The notes under the pieces: generated by a model
What the model was told of the DNA's origin: nothing
Databases searched by the model: none
The model's input: the letters and a program-made list of their open reading frames with translations, nothing else
From: an uncultured bacterium
GTDB lineage: Bacteria > CSSED10-310 > CAZUFC01
Length of the DNA: 30,407 nucleotides
Direction of reading: 5' to 3'
Assembly: GCA_964619725.1 (NCBI GenBank)
Contig: CAZUFC010000103.1
Coordinates: 1-30,407 of the forward strand
Part shown: piece by piece, positions 10,301-19,123 of the stretch
Layout: every line of letters starts with the position of its first letter
How positions within the stretch are numbered: the first letter of the stretch is position 1
Program-made: the position numbers and the translations under genes

Positions 10301-11507
10301 CTCCCGCCCCCGTCATTCTGAACAGATAAGCCCGGTCAAAAGGATAAGACTGAGAATTCTTAACCCCCTCTATCCTGGCGCATAAGAGGTCTCTAACGAA
10401 TTTTTCCCAGAAATCAAGCGTATCGAATTTCTCCAGGGCGCCTCGATCCTCCTCCGCCTTCAGTAAATCCACCACGCCCTTGCTGTACCAATACCGGGAT
10501 ATTTTGCTCGACTCTCCTCCCGCCTCTTCCAGAGCCTGCTTATATCTATAAGCCATGACGGTATTATTTAATCTGGCTGCCGTTAAACGTAATAGCGCCC
10601 GAAATTCGGAGAGTTGACTTAAATCCGTGAAATCCGCGATATCAAAAACAGCCAAAGATATATCACCTATTCTGTGGTCCGGTCCCACCCGTTCGTCGAC
10701 GAATGACTCATCCAATGGAGTCATGCAGGCCAGAACAAGATCAGTCCTGTTGGGGCTGTCAAATTCCAGATACGGATAGCAGTTTAAAACCGTCTTGTAA
10801 AGATAGTTGATCTCCAACAGTTTTTTCCAGTTGCGAATCAAGGAACGATTGAAACTGTTGACCTCATGAGGAAAAGTCAAATCGATGCTTTTCGTCATGT
10901 TCTGATCGATCAAATAGGACTGATTTAAATGCGACGTAAGAGGAACAAGCAATTCAAGCAGCTCCAGGGGCGTCTGATTGCCGGAATACGCATCGGTCTC
11001 TTCGCTTCCGGTGTCCTCGGATGACAACACTCTTAATCGCTCTCGGATCACCGACTCTTTTACATCACGACCCACACGATTGTAATCGTTGATAAGCTGA
11101 ATAATTATGGAATTGATCGATTCACGGTCGATCGTCCCGCCTGAGTTGCCGGGATAGATGATTCGCGACGAATATTGACGATCCTTGATGCTGAACTCCA
11201 CCAGTAACCGCAGTCTCTGTAGAATGCTTATCGGATTGTTCTTCCGGCCGTCGTCTATCTGTTCAGCGCCGAACATAAAATTCGCCGCAATAAAAAAATA
11301 GGTTATCTCGCTGATTTTTACCCTTGATAGAACTCCGTAGTCAATGTTTCTCGTCAACTCGTCCGTCAAATAATTCCGTAACGTTCGATGGTATATGCAA
11401 TCCAGATACAATGACAGATTCTGGGAACGACGCTTTACCGCCTCCTCCCGGTTGCGTTCATTGAGATCAATGATTGATATCCCTTCCGGTACGTTTTCAA
11501 AAGACAT
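7386..11507 (-). CDS. 1373-aa soluble atypical hybrid histidine kinase (unknown N-terminal input, H-box, HATPase_c-like, REC, C-terminal helical domain)
   Basis: DQFLHRINN (H-box-like, ~9457), FDVMFKNAVEAA (N-box), FIIENST (degenerate G1), STGVGVFAAR (G2), REC motifs VLYVEDE / LMIADMT / YGINLL / WLVTSY; AGGAGG RBS upstream; no TM segments seen. Confidence 0.75.
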   Translation of the reverse strand: MSFENVPEGISIIDLNERNREEAVKRRSQNLSLYLDCIYHRTLRNYLTDELTRNIDYGVLSRVKISEITYFFIAANFMFGAEQIDDGRKNNPISILQRLRLLVEFSIKDRQYSSRIIYPGNSGGTIDRESINSIIIQLINDYNRVGRDVKESVIRERLRVLSSEDTGSEETDAYSGNQTPLELLELLVPLTSHLNQSYLIDQNMTKSIDLTFPHEVNSFNRSLIRNWKKLLEINYLYKTVLNCYPYLEFDSPNRTDLVLACMTPLDESFVDERVGPDHRIGDISLAVFDIADFTDLSQLSEFRALLRLTAARLNNTVMAYRYKQALEEAGGESSKISRYWYSKGVVDLLKAEEDRGALEKFDTLDFWEKFVRDLLCARIEGVKNSQSYPFDRAYLFRMTGAGDLSNVNYVRLRVLEAALRSKDPKDQNAYCTSMERGDRSLKMFRVADKIIQYKYDLYVRNVEGKLKLENDEETARQFESVPFKHYAPGEFAENEYSVDKKLSAILCSLFEDEEHLRLDKSEIWKDFSEMGLSFEYRHGLDLSTENKSLYELQRAYLEHLKIDLAEEVSGRSESADEMNKLVEIYENKKRLSKVIYISYDPILHPEARDKEGKLIISENERFTLILVADDDEEKSISELDSERQTLQLLIELIVRQKLRDKKKEQSAIKDRMNLISGAMDQFLHRINNEKKIPAETKLLTEELWRGLRPVLEQKTESTRKPRKFIASSNAIMGHLLKIDGRTFEGDEDKPAITEKMITEALKRRAEEIKRSDGKLNRDIFVNYIPSSVPKIIVDFPEALVRETFDVMFKNAVEAAGATAAPSPRQVLVQIQTRPREAFNAMDSKWILDFIIENSTKPVPADRMTALNQDEPKLLERNKDKTSSTGVGVFAARMQLKSGLSHGSDIRYFMLSEERIQGKLSLPARAVFTRIRAAASEESLKEEVSDPYVLYVEDEEDNYKDSLEYLRSRPALQGVSIIHRRGFLDAEKDLQKCMPRLMIADMTILRDSLSSEPDRKYGINLLESFFRNVCNGDRKPPLWLVTSYGIDQVKSTLENNAYFIPSGYKVVKEELRDLCDEATVCIFSSGKKLNEVRTICEGLDQLSELIERKGYAVSEETEPARRYKAEKVSFDAEDFDDRLQRYFEKNSGSDELDVLFLSKAEASSKEELASVICRWFSHEGIPDLEEPRDKKRLNNTTMHKTILLNIEVSADLLSGLHPKFLFWCLNNNIAFRVKEKPDRLAAEWATLIKDSSGIFSVIRHNLRGKCPENRELEIRREVDNCDEVLLQSKSCIEKMRRISFSDEKENSAGLIEQMMSSPEEVKEARKKTKRGFDKVKGELKALMEESEAEIAYQVEHMVQALENVSNFLLISEVS

Positions 11508-11572
11508 GCTTATGCCTCCTTTGCTTTGTTAAGCCTGAACAGCAGTGATTCCAGAGATTTTCTTTAATCGCA

Positions 11573-14401
11573 TCAACTCATTTTTTCCTCTAAAACCATC
11601 CCGATAAGCAGAGAAGCGGGAGGAAACGTGATGATATACTTGAGATAAACCTCCAGGAAAGCTCTGGGATTCCGGGAAGTTCCTTCGATGAACGCCGTAA
11701 GCTGATCGACGAATCCTTTATTGACAAGCCCCACCTGTTCGCCGTCGAACAACGAATAGGCCGTCAGACCGACCAGGCTTAAAAACAAAGCCAGGATATT
11801 TCCGACAGCCCATACACGGGACCAACGCCTGAAATAACTCTCATTGCCGAACAGACGATTCGTCTCTCCCGATAAACGGTCCTTGATGACCAGGTTGATA
11901 TAAAGCCAACCGCCGACGACCACGAGAACAGTCAAAAACAGCGTCGACTGCCAGGTCGCTGCCGCGTAATAACTCCAGATATCACTGTTTCCTCCGACCA
12001 GAAAACAAACCATGTATCCGACTATGGCTGATAATATTATATCGGATCGCCTGCGCACCCAACGACCCATCTGAAGAAAACCGAAACGTCGAAATTTATT
12101 TCGGTATAACAATCGATCTGCTTCAAGCGCCATCGTCCAGGCAAAGCGCTTTTTCGACCACTCCTGTAAAAAACGTACTTCCTTTTCGTCCGGCTGCTCA
12201 CCCGGAAAATCCTCCATAATGATCCTGAACAGCTCATTCTCATCTCCGCCTTCAGCAGTAGTCTGTATATCGCGCAAACGATTGACCTTATAATCGCAAC
12301 GTTCTCGAACCATATCCAGTTGAATCGCTGATGCTTCCCTGTATATTTCCGGAAAATATCTTATTACCATCCCTTCAAGTTCACGCAGATTCTCCAGCAG
12401 CTCTGCAGCGATATCAAATGCCGTTTCAAAATCGCTCAGATTCGCATTCTCAAGAAGATAATGCAAATGCCTGATTCTCTTCATCAAGTCGCCGGCTTTA
12501 TGGGCCAGAATAGATGACCGGCGGGTAAGTCCTTGCTCCATCACTTGTATAACTTCTTCATCTGTCGGAAGCAACTCATCGTCAGATGAAATCATTTCGC
12601 AGAACAAGGAGGGGCGTATAATTCGACAAAGTACATCTTCATTAACGGCAAATTCAGTATCGATGCTCGCCGCTAAATCAAACTGATCCATTAGACGAGC
12701 GCCTGTTGTATCTCCGATCTCCGTGAAATAATTCGTCAAGCTCTTGATTTGCTCTGTCAATATGTCATTTTCATATTTTAAAGCGACTTCCTCGTCTTCC
12801 GCCATTGTTTCCGCAACATCAAGCATTTCGATCATGATCTCCAGTTTGCTTTTCAGCTTGCTGTCGAAAGAGAACGAAGACATCTCTTTGAATATCTTCG
12901 TCAAGGGGTCCAGGTAGAGAAGTGTCCGCACATCATTGAAAAAACGATCCGGGTCTTCGTTCAATGCCGCCTGGAGCCTGTAAAGGCATAACGTCGACAG
13001 GTCCTTCACCATTGTGGACCGCAGAGAGGATGACTTCAGCGTCCTTAGAGTCATAACCCATACCGGCGATAAAAGACGCGTGTCCTGTTTGCCGTGAGCA
13101 TCCGCTGTCAGTATGACATCCTTTATACCGCGAAGGATGAATGTTTGAATATCGAGATTATTCGACGAAAGTTTAAATAATTGATGGAAAAGAGGAAATC
13201 TTCTGTTGACTACGCTTACCTTTTTGCTTTTTCGTTGAGCGCGATTCTCAAAATCATTTATTAATGCCGTTGCGGAAATTATAATCATAATCTGCAATCG
13301 CCTGGGCAGGACGGAGTAATCAGTTGAGAAAAAAGACCTTTTCAACAGTTTGTTTTCCATCATGTTAAGTTGATTCTTAAGATTAACGGAAGATTCCCGA
13401 AAACGGGCCCAGAATATGACCGAGTTGACGAAATCTTTCATATCAGCATCCAGATCGTCAATACGGCATAACGCTCTTATTTTCTGCTCAAATTCAGGCT
13501 TCCAGGGCAGTGCGATTACTGCCGTCAAAAAACCGCTCTCCGATACGTTCATTCCCGCACCCAGCCTCTGAAAAAATTTATCCCGAAACGCGTCGCTCAA
13601 AACATCCTTGCCGTTTTTTCCGGGCGGACCCAGCAGACTTTTCATCAGTCTGGTCACTGAGTTGAACCAGGATTTAAGATGAATTGATTGTATGGTTGCT
13701 TGTTCGGCTGTTTCCAGCAATGTCGATGTCCAGCCGGCCACGGTTTCGGCATCCGCTATTCCTGTTGACGCCATAGTTTCCAAAACGCCGGGCAAACTGA
13801 CGATCCAGAACGGTTCGCTCCTGGCTGCCTTCAGACACTTTGAACTGTCCGAAAAAACCGTTTTCTCCAGATCCTCCAATGTGAAAAATCCGTTGCTGAC
13901 CGCATCAGGCAGTCCCCAGACCATGCTGGAAAAGACTGCCGCTATCCCGCCCTTTCCCAGATAACGCCCCGCTTTCCATCCTTTCACTACCATCCCGCTG
14001 AAATATTGAAGAATGGTCATTTTTTGAAGTAAATCAGCATTCGGCTCTTTCCCCAACTTCTCTTTTACCTTATTGACCCCGATTCCTTTTCGGCATACCG
14101 GTACGAAAAATTCCTCCTTCGGATCAGCATAACTCATCAATGCCGTATGAGCATGACGAAAGCGATGATGATCCTCCCAATCAAGTATGCCGTCCTGAAT
14201 CTCTTCAAGCAAAACGGCATCAACACGAGCCAGGCGACCCAGCAATCGACTCGAAGAAACGAATATTTCTACCGATTCAGACCTGTAAGCATCCAGAAGA
14301 AAATCGCGGAGTTCACATCTTTCCGATTCTTCGAGGTTAATCCATTCTTCCGGTTCCGGAGCGCCGTTCAATCGCTGTAAAATAGTCTGAGATTCCCTCA
14401 T
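11573..14401 (-). CDS. 942-aa hypothetical protein: large alpha-helical cytoplasmic region plus ~4 C-terminal TM helices
   Basis: Long ORF. Hydrophobic segments IILSAIVGYMVCFLVGG, LFLTVLVVVGGWLYINLVI, VWAVGNILALFLSLVGLTAYSLF and YIITFPPASLLIGMVL occur only in the last ~150 aa. Confidence 0.85.
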   Translation of the reverse strand: MRESQTILQRLNGAPEPEEWINLEESERCELRDFLLDAYRSESVEIFVSSSRLLGRLARVDAVLLEEIQDGILDWEDHHRFRHAHTALMSYADPKEEFFVPVCRKGIGVNKVKEKLGKEPNADLLQKMTILQYFSGMVVKGWKAGRYLGKGGIAAVFSSMVWGLPDAVSNGFFTLEDLEKTVFSDSSKCLKAARSEPFWIVSLPGVLETMASTGIADAETVAGWTSTLLETAEQATIQSIHLKSWFNSVTRLMKSLLGPPGKNGKDVLSDAFRDKFFQRLGAGMNVSESGFLTAVIALPWKPEFEQKIRALCRIDDLDADMKDFVNSVIFWARFRESSVNLKNQLNMMENKLLKRSFFSTDYSVLPRRLQIMIIISATALINDFENRAQRKSKKVSVVNRRFPLFHQLFKLSSNNLDIQTFILRGIKDVILTADAHGKQDTRLLSPVWVMTLRTLKSSSLRSTMVKDLSTLCLYRLQAALNEDPDRFFNDVRTLLYLDPLTKIFKEMSSFSFDSKLKSKLEIMIEMLDVAETMAEDEEVALKYENDILTEQIKSLTNYFTEIGDTTGARLMDQFDLAASIDTEFAVNEDVLCRIIRPSLFCEMISSDDELLPTDEEVIQVMEQGLTRRSSILAHKAGDLMKRIRHLHYLLENANLSDFETAFDIAAELLENLRELEGMVIRYFPEIYREASAIQLDMVRERCDYKVNRLRDIQTTAEGGDENELFRIIMEDFPGEQPDEKEVRFLQEWSKKRFAWTMALEADRLLYRNKFRRFGFLQMGRWVRRRSDIILSAIVGYMVCFLVGGNSDIWSYYAAATWQSTLFLTVLVVVGGWLYINLVIKDRLSGETNRLFGNESYFRRWSRVWAVGNILALFLSLVGLTAYSLFDGEQVGLVNKGFVDQLTAFIEGTSRNPRAFLEVYLKYIITFPPASLLIGMVLEEKMS

Positions 14402-14689
14402 AATCCTGGCTTTCTAATAATTCACGACTCGTATCGACATAGGCGTATTCTCCTCATCTGATGGTGGGAAATTTACCCGGTCGTTTTTTTGACGAAACAA
14501 ACTGTTGCCGTTGTATTATCAGTCCCAAATTTTCTTGAGATGGAATGTACGAAATCTTTATTCTTGGATTATTCATTGTTTTGACGTTCAGGAATATAAA
14601 TTTCATTGCCTTATCGTTTTCCCAAATCAGACTTTTTGGATCAACGCCATATAGCCAGGCTTCCGTTTATTCAACAATCAGTTTACCGG

Positions 14690-16978
14690 TTAAATTCCTT
14701 TTAGTTTATTACCGTTTTCCGCTAATATCAAAAGCTTGTCTCCCTCCCTTGCCTGATAATTTTTGTCTTCGCCCACAGGATTGGTCATAATGCGATATGT
14801 TCGACCTTTCGAAGTATTTTCTTCTATCTGTATAGCCATCAGCATCGTATCTCTCTCCCTGAGTAGAGAAGAGATTTCATCGAATGTGTTGCCTTTCAGT
14901 TTGCTGTTTGAGGCGATTTCACGCGAGTAAACCTCGTTGGTTTCGCTGAAGGTCAGTATTTCACTGATAAAGCGAGATAAGCCCTGATTCATGGCGGAAT
15001 GAACGATCAGTTTTTCGCTGATGTCTCTTGTGCTGATTATTTCATCGCATTCGGCATTTTCAAGATGTATCCTGTTTTCCGGGTTCATTAGCTCCGCTAT
15101 TGTATAAATGCTTGATTTGCGCTTGCCGCTTCTGATTAATTCATCGCAGTATTTTTCAATGGCAAGTACGGACAAAACGGTCGTGTCGTCACAATGAGGG
15201 TTGGCGGGATTGGAAAGAATTAATGCTGTCTTTGCAGTCAAAAAATTCGCTTTGTCGAGATCGCTTCTCACCGTCGCCTTCCCATTGACGTATCCCGCGT
15301 ATTTGTCATCCAACCGGTTTTCCATGATAAAATCAGGATTATCGCCGTTCGGCGCCAGTATGACGATTTTATTGCAGTCCGCCGCCTGTTCGTTCGTCAG
15401 GTTCTTTACTATACCGGGAGCTCTCTCGTTCCATCCGCAGATGATTATATGGTCCTTGCATTCTGACGGTTCCATACCCTTCACTCCTTGCAGCTTTTTG
15501 ATTATTTTGTCGGAAACGAAAACTCCGCCCAGCGCAATTAAGCCTCCAAAACCGATGAAGGGCAGAGTGGCTGCCGCAACCTTTCCCACAAGTGTTTGCG
15601 GAAATCGCTGTTCATTATACCCGCAGCCGGAAAGAACATAGAGCCATACCAGAGTATCCTTTATGTCATAGTAGTCCTGAAGAACCGCTCCCGGTTGCTT
15701 CATTTCATATTGTGTCTCAACATGTTGGATTATGCGGGCATCCAGAAGCAATAGAGACAGGATAAACAATAATCCCAAACTATATTTGTGCCGTTTTAAC
15801 CAGTGAAAAAAACTCAATCCCAGTCCCGCACTTCTCCTGTTCCCCGGGAATCTCTTTCCCTTAAAAAACAAAGGCCCGGTCAACAGAAAAATGAAGATTA
15901 CAATAGGAATAAAAATGATGATCCACAACAGGTTGGAATACCAGGAAGATTCGATCATTCCATGTTCACGATAATACTGCCTGGCTCCTCGATGCAGATA
16001 AACGGACATTCCGGTCAAAGCTGAAGCCCGGGAGATATTCCCGGCTATCGAAAGTTTGTTCTTCAGCAGTTCAAGCGATCCCTCATTAAAAAGTATATCC
16101 AGTAATCGGTAAACCAAAACAGGATTCATGTCTTTGTGCGCTGCCAGCAGAGCGCGTATGCCTACTCCTTTCACTCCATAAGGCTGTTCAATATACGTGT
16201 TGGGTTCAATGCTGCTGGAACAATAATAAGGATATTTCTCTTTTAATTTTTTTATATATTGATCATCAATCGACAGCAACCGGCCTCCGGAACGCCTGAT
16301 TGCCTGCACCACGCTGACTGTGGGGACTCCCGCCGTTAAAAAGGCAGCATCGACGGGCGCAGAGACCCCGTAAGACAATATGTCGTCGAGTGACAGATTC
16401 CTTTTTTTTATATCAGATAAACCGATGCCGTGAATCGTCAGAATATGCTGAGCATTGAATTGAGTTCCGCTGTTCTCTTCTCCGATCGAAACGATTTTTC
16501 CCTTTAAATCGCTGATGCTTCTTATATCGTCACAGTTGAAAACAAGGATATGTACCGTTTCTGTATATAGCGATGCAATGCCGGTAAGACAATCATGAGA
16601 TGTCTCGAACATCCCGACTCCCTCACGAAAACAAAAGGCAACGTCATTTTGTATAAACGCCAGATCCGCCGAACCATTCAAAATTTTCTCCGCATTTTCG
16701 ACTGAACCAGCGGATGACTGAACTGATACAACGCTGTTGGGCGACCCTCTTTCAAATATAGCCTGGAGACTCTCAGCCAGCGGATAATAAGTCCCATTCT
16801 CATGGCCTGCTGAAATCCTTATTTTTAAGCTCTGAGAGAATACGCACGGATTGCAGACCATAAGGACGATTGACCATCCGAGTATAATTCGTGAAAGTCT
16901 TGTGATACTATGCAAGAATGACTTCCAGAACATAGATGCTGTAACTCTCTCGAGTCGCAATTTCACATCTCCCGACAT
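14690..16978 (-). CDS. TAXI-family solute-binding domain fused to a 2TM/pore ion-channel module and RCK (TrkA_N/TrkA_C-like) gating domain
   Basis: TAXI motifs SAGHENGTYYPLA, SSAGSVEN, DLAFIQND, IASLYTETVHILV, DLKGKIVSIGEENSGT, LHRGARQYYRE; two TM helices; pore-helix/filter-like TLVWLYVLSGCGYNEQRFPQTLVGK; inner helix; RCK motifs DHIIICGWN, VNGKAT..DLDKAN..AKTALIL, IAELMNPENRIHLENAECDEII. Confidence 0.88.
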   Translation of the reverse strand: MSGDVKLRLERVTASMFWKSFLHSITRLSRIILGWSIVLMVCNPCVFSQSLKIRISAGHENGTYYPLAESLQAIFERGSPNSVVSVQSSAGSVENAEKILNGSADLAFIQNDVAFCFREGVGMFETSHDCLTGIASLYTETVHILVFNCDDIRSISDLKGKIVSIGEENSGTQFNAQHILTIHGIGLSDIKKRNLSLDDILSYGVSAPVDAAFLTAGVPTVSVVQAIRRSGGRLLSIDDQYIKKLKEKYPYYCSSSIEPNTYIEQPYGVKGVGIRALLAAHKDMNPVLVYRLLDILFNEGSLELLKNKLSIAGNISRASALTGMSVYLHRGARQYYREHGMIESSWYSNLLWIIIFIPIVIFIFLLTGPLFFKGKRFPGNRRSAGLGLSFFHWLKRHKYSLGLLFILSLLLLDARIIQHVETQYEMKQPGAVLQDYYDIKDTLVWLYVLSGCGYNEQRFPQTLVGKVAAATLPFIGFGGLIALGGVFVSDKIIKKLQGVKGMEPSECKDHIIICGWNERAPGIVKNLTNEQAADCNKIVILAPNGDNPDFIMENRLDDKYAGYVNGKATVRSDLDKANFLTAKTALILSNPANPHCDDTTVLSVLAIEKYCDELIRSGKRKSSIYTIAELMNPENRIHLENAECDEIISTRDISEKLIVHSAMNQGLSRFISEILTFSETNEVYSREIASNSKLKGNTFDEISSLLRERDTMLMAIQIEENTSKGRTYRIMTNPVGEDKNYQAREGDKLLILAENGNKLKGI
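15473..15489 (-). promoter_or_regulatory. Putative internal RBS (AAGGAG) and in-frame ATG (Met502) at the start of the RCK domain
   Basis: Minus strand reads AAGGAG TGAAGGGT ATG (8-nt spacer), in frame, just before the HIIICGW RCK motif; would give a 261-aa soluble RCK. Confidence 0.6.
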
Positions 16979-16983
16979 TGACT

Positions 16984-17085
16984 TAGAAAAAATTGTGAAA
17001 TATTTGACGAAAAAACAAAAGCCGATCGAAAAAATTCAAGTGATTTCGATATGTTAGGCTGTCCTTGTAAAGAGTCCTGAAGTTC
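16984..17085 (+). repeat. Dispersed repeat family B, shorter copy
   Basis: First half matches the reverse complement of 3211-3268; second half (atatgttaggctgtccttgtaaagagtcctgaa) matches 19807-19839. Confidence 0.65.
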
Positions 17086-17167
17086 AATGCTTCTAAGCCG
17101 ATATTCCATAGTTAATGAAAAATCCTTATTCGACGACATATTACAGCTTTAATGCAACCAAAATAAT

Positions 17168-17316
17168 GGGGCTGATCAAACAGTGGTTACACTTCTTTCA
17201 AACCGTTTGAAAGTTTTTTTCAGTAATCGGTATCGCAATCGGGATCGAAATTGAAACGAAATGATGGGATATTCTGTCGAATTGTAACCTCAAAAGTCGC
17301 ATTTTTGATCAATGCC
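17168..17316 (+). mobile_element. MITE-like family A, copy 2
   Basis: ggggctgatcaaa...ggttacacttctttcaaa...gtaatcggtatcgcaatcgggatcgaaa...gatattc...attgtaacctcaa...gcatttttgatcaatgcc. Confidence 0.75.
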
Positions 17317-17454
17317 GCAATAATTTTCTCAAGGAAAAATTTATGATTCTCACCGGTGACCCGGTTTTACTCCTTTCGATAAAAAATAAAATTTTCGATA
17401 GAAAGCGCGAGTCCTCACAAAAACAGATTCTTCCTATACATGAACATAAATGAT

Positions 17455-19032
17455 TCACTTTGTCAACAGGTCGGCGGTCAGTCCCGAATGGCGCAACGTT
17501 TTTTTCCACGAATCAAGCATTTTAGTGCGGCTGACCGCTCCGTCGTAATCATCCCAGAGATTATCGAATCCCTTTCCGGTGAATTTCAGTTTTCTCAGCA
17601 GCCAGTTATCAAGATATCCGCCCTTATGATCGCAACGGATCGTCATGCTGTTATTCTTGTAATCGATGATCAAACCGCCGAATTGAACCGCAGTTTCATA
17701 AATCAATTTGCCTATCGGGGGACTCAATCGAAGATAATCATCATCTCGATTCAATTTTATTTTGCCGTCGAATAATGTGGTTCTATCGAAAAACCGATCG
17801 GGAAAATCAACGTAAAGAGAATTGAGACTTTCCGTACAGGCCACGGCTGAACATGATTTGTCGGCCGTAAGAAAAAAGACTCCTTTATGAAAGTCGATCC
17901 GGCGCAGGAAATTCTTGAACTGGTCCCGGATGATCATGTCGCCGGTCGATACTTTGCGCGGCCGGTATACCGGTGGAGAAGACGACCTTGCATGAGCAGA
18001 GCGGGATTTATTGTCCTGATTTGAAGAAACGCCGGCATCGGCTCGACTGGATAGAGACTTATCGAACATTCGCTTCATCTCCTCGGAAATTTTTCTTTCT
18101 ATTCTTTTTTCCAGATGAGGAATATCACGGCGCAATCCCTGCAGTTCAATTTTAGTATCCAGTATAGGATTGGCGTCGCCCACGATGAAAACGCATACGC
18201 CGGCGATGTCAGCGCAATGACTCAATTCAAGGACCTCCTGCAATGCCCTGAATCCCATGCGACCCTCATGCTCCAAACCTCCCCGGGAATCCCTGATGTT
18301 GGCGGATTCCTCCAGTTCATGAACGGCCGCTCGAGGGATCACCAGGAGTATCCAGTTAGGCGTGTTGAAGCATTCTCGAGGATTAATGAGAGACAGCGCA
18401 GGAATCAGATGTTCGCTTATGGTGCAATTATAGAGAATATTGGTATCAAGTCCGATAACCGCATCGTCGAATTGAGATATTTTTCCAGCAATGCTGCGCC
18501 AGTTGTCCGGCAGGATCATGCCGGTACGGTAAAGCGCCTGCTTAAGACGATCATAATCAGGTTTGGCTTTTTTAAACAAAGTCTTATAGACTTTAAGCCC
18601 CTCATCACCGTCAATAATGGAATACAATTCATTCCCGTCAGAATTTCGCACGACGACCTTTTCATCCTGCCAGAGCAGCCAGTCCAGCAGCAGATGATAA
18701 ACAGGATAGGGAACGAAACCGTCGCCGATTATAGAGCGGTGATCGGAATCGGAAAAAGACAAAGGAGCCTGCAATCGTAAAGTCAATTCCATACCGGTAG
18801 TTCGACAGCCGAACAAGGAAACAGGCTCAATAACGCTGTCGGCCAATACAGCCCCCAGATTCTCCTGAACCAGCCCCGCAAGAACAGCAGCCCGGGAAAT
18901 ATTGCTACCGAAAGCTCGAAGCCTGACAGTATCCGAATTGCGGCTGAAACGGGAAAAACACTCCAGTGCATAGTCGTAAATCTTCTTACCGCAAACATCC
19001 AAAAAAGCTTGCCCGTCATTGTTATTCATCAT
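17455..19032 (-). CDS. Alba-like nucleic-acid-binding domain fused to a PIN-domain nuclease
   Basis: N-terminus GKKIYDYALECFSRFSRNSDTVRLRAFGSNISRA...GMELTLR parallels archaeal Alba (GKKPVMNYVLA...EIVIKARGRAISKA...IEIAIR). PIN acidic motifs GLDTNILY, IPRAAVHELE, GDMIIRD, FLTADK. ATG at 19032/19029 preferred over TTG at 19062. Confidence 0.75.
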   Translation of the reverse strand: MMNNNDGQAFLDVCGKKIYDYALECFSRFSRNSDTVRLRAFGSNISRAAVLAGLVQENLGAVLADSVIEPVSLFGCRTTGMELTLRLQAPLSFSDSDHRSIIGDGFVPYPVYHLLLDWLLWQDEKVVVRNSDGNELYSIIDGDEGLKVYKTLFKKAKPDYDRLKQALYRTGMILPDNWRSIAGKISQFDDAVIGLDTNILYNCTISEHLIPALSLINPRECFNTPNWILLVIPRAAVHELEESANIRDSRGGLEHEGRMGFRALQEVLELSHCADIAGVCVFIVGDANPILDTKIELQGLRRDIPHLEKRIERKISEEMKRMFDKSLSSRADAGVSSNQDNKSRSAHARSSSPPVYRPRKVSTGDMIIRDQFKNFLRRIDFHKGVFFLTADKSCSAVACTESLNSLYVDFPDRFFDRTTLFDGKIKLNRDDDYLRLSPPIGKLIYETAVQFGGLIIDYKNNSMTIRCDHKGGYLDNWLLRKLKFTGKGFDNLWDDYDGAVSRTKMLDSWKKTLRHSGLTADLLTK

Positions 19033-19123
19033 GAACCTCCCGCTGGAAAATTTTTTCCACAATGAAACCGTTGATCTGTTGAAACTATGATAACAGAAAT
19101 AGCGGAAAGAGTAAATAAATCCC

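Noticed and set aside
18115-18780. 221-aa + strand ORF, and similar antisense ORFs at 6456-6959, 15201-15641 and 27366-27998
   Set aside because: Fully antisense to well-supported CDSs, with no recognisable motifs.
17455-19032. VapBC toxin-antitoxin module
   Set aside because: The PIN domain is in a ~525-aa multidomain protein and no small antitoxin ORF is adjacent.
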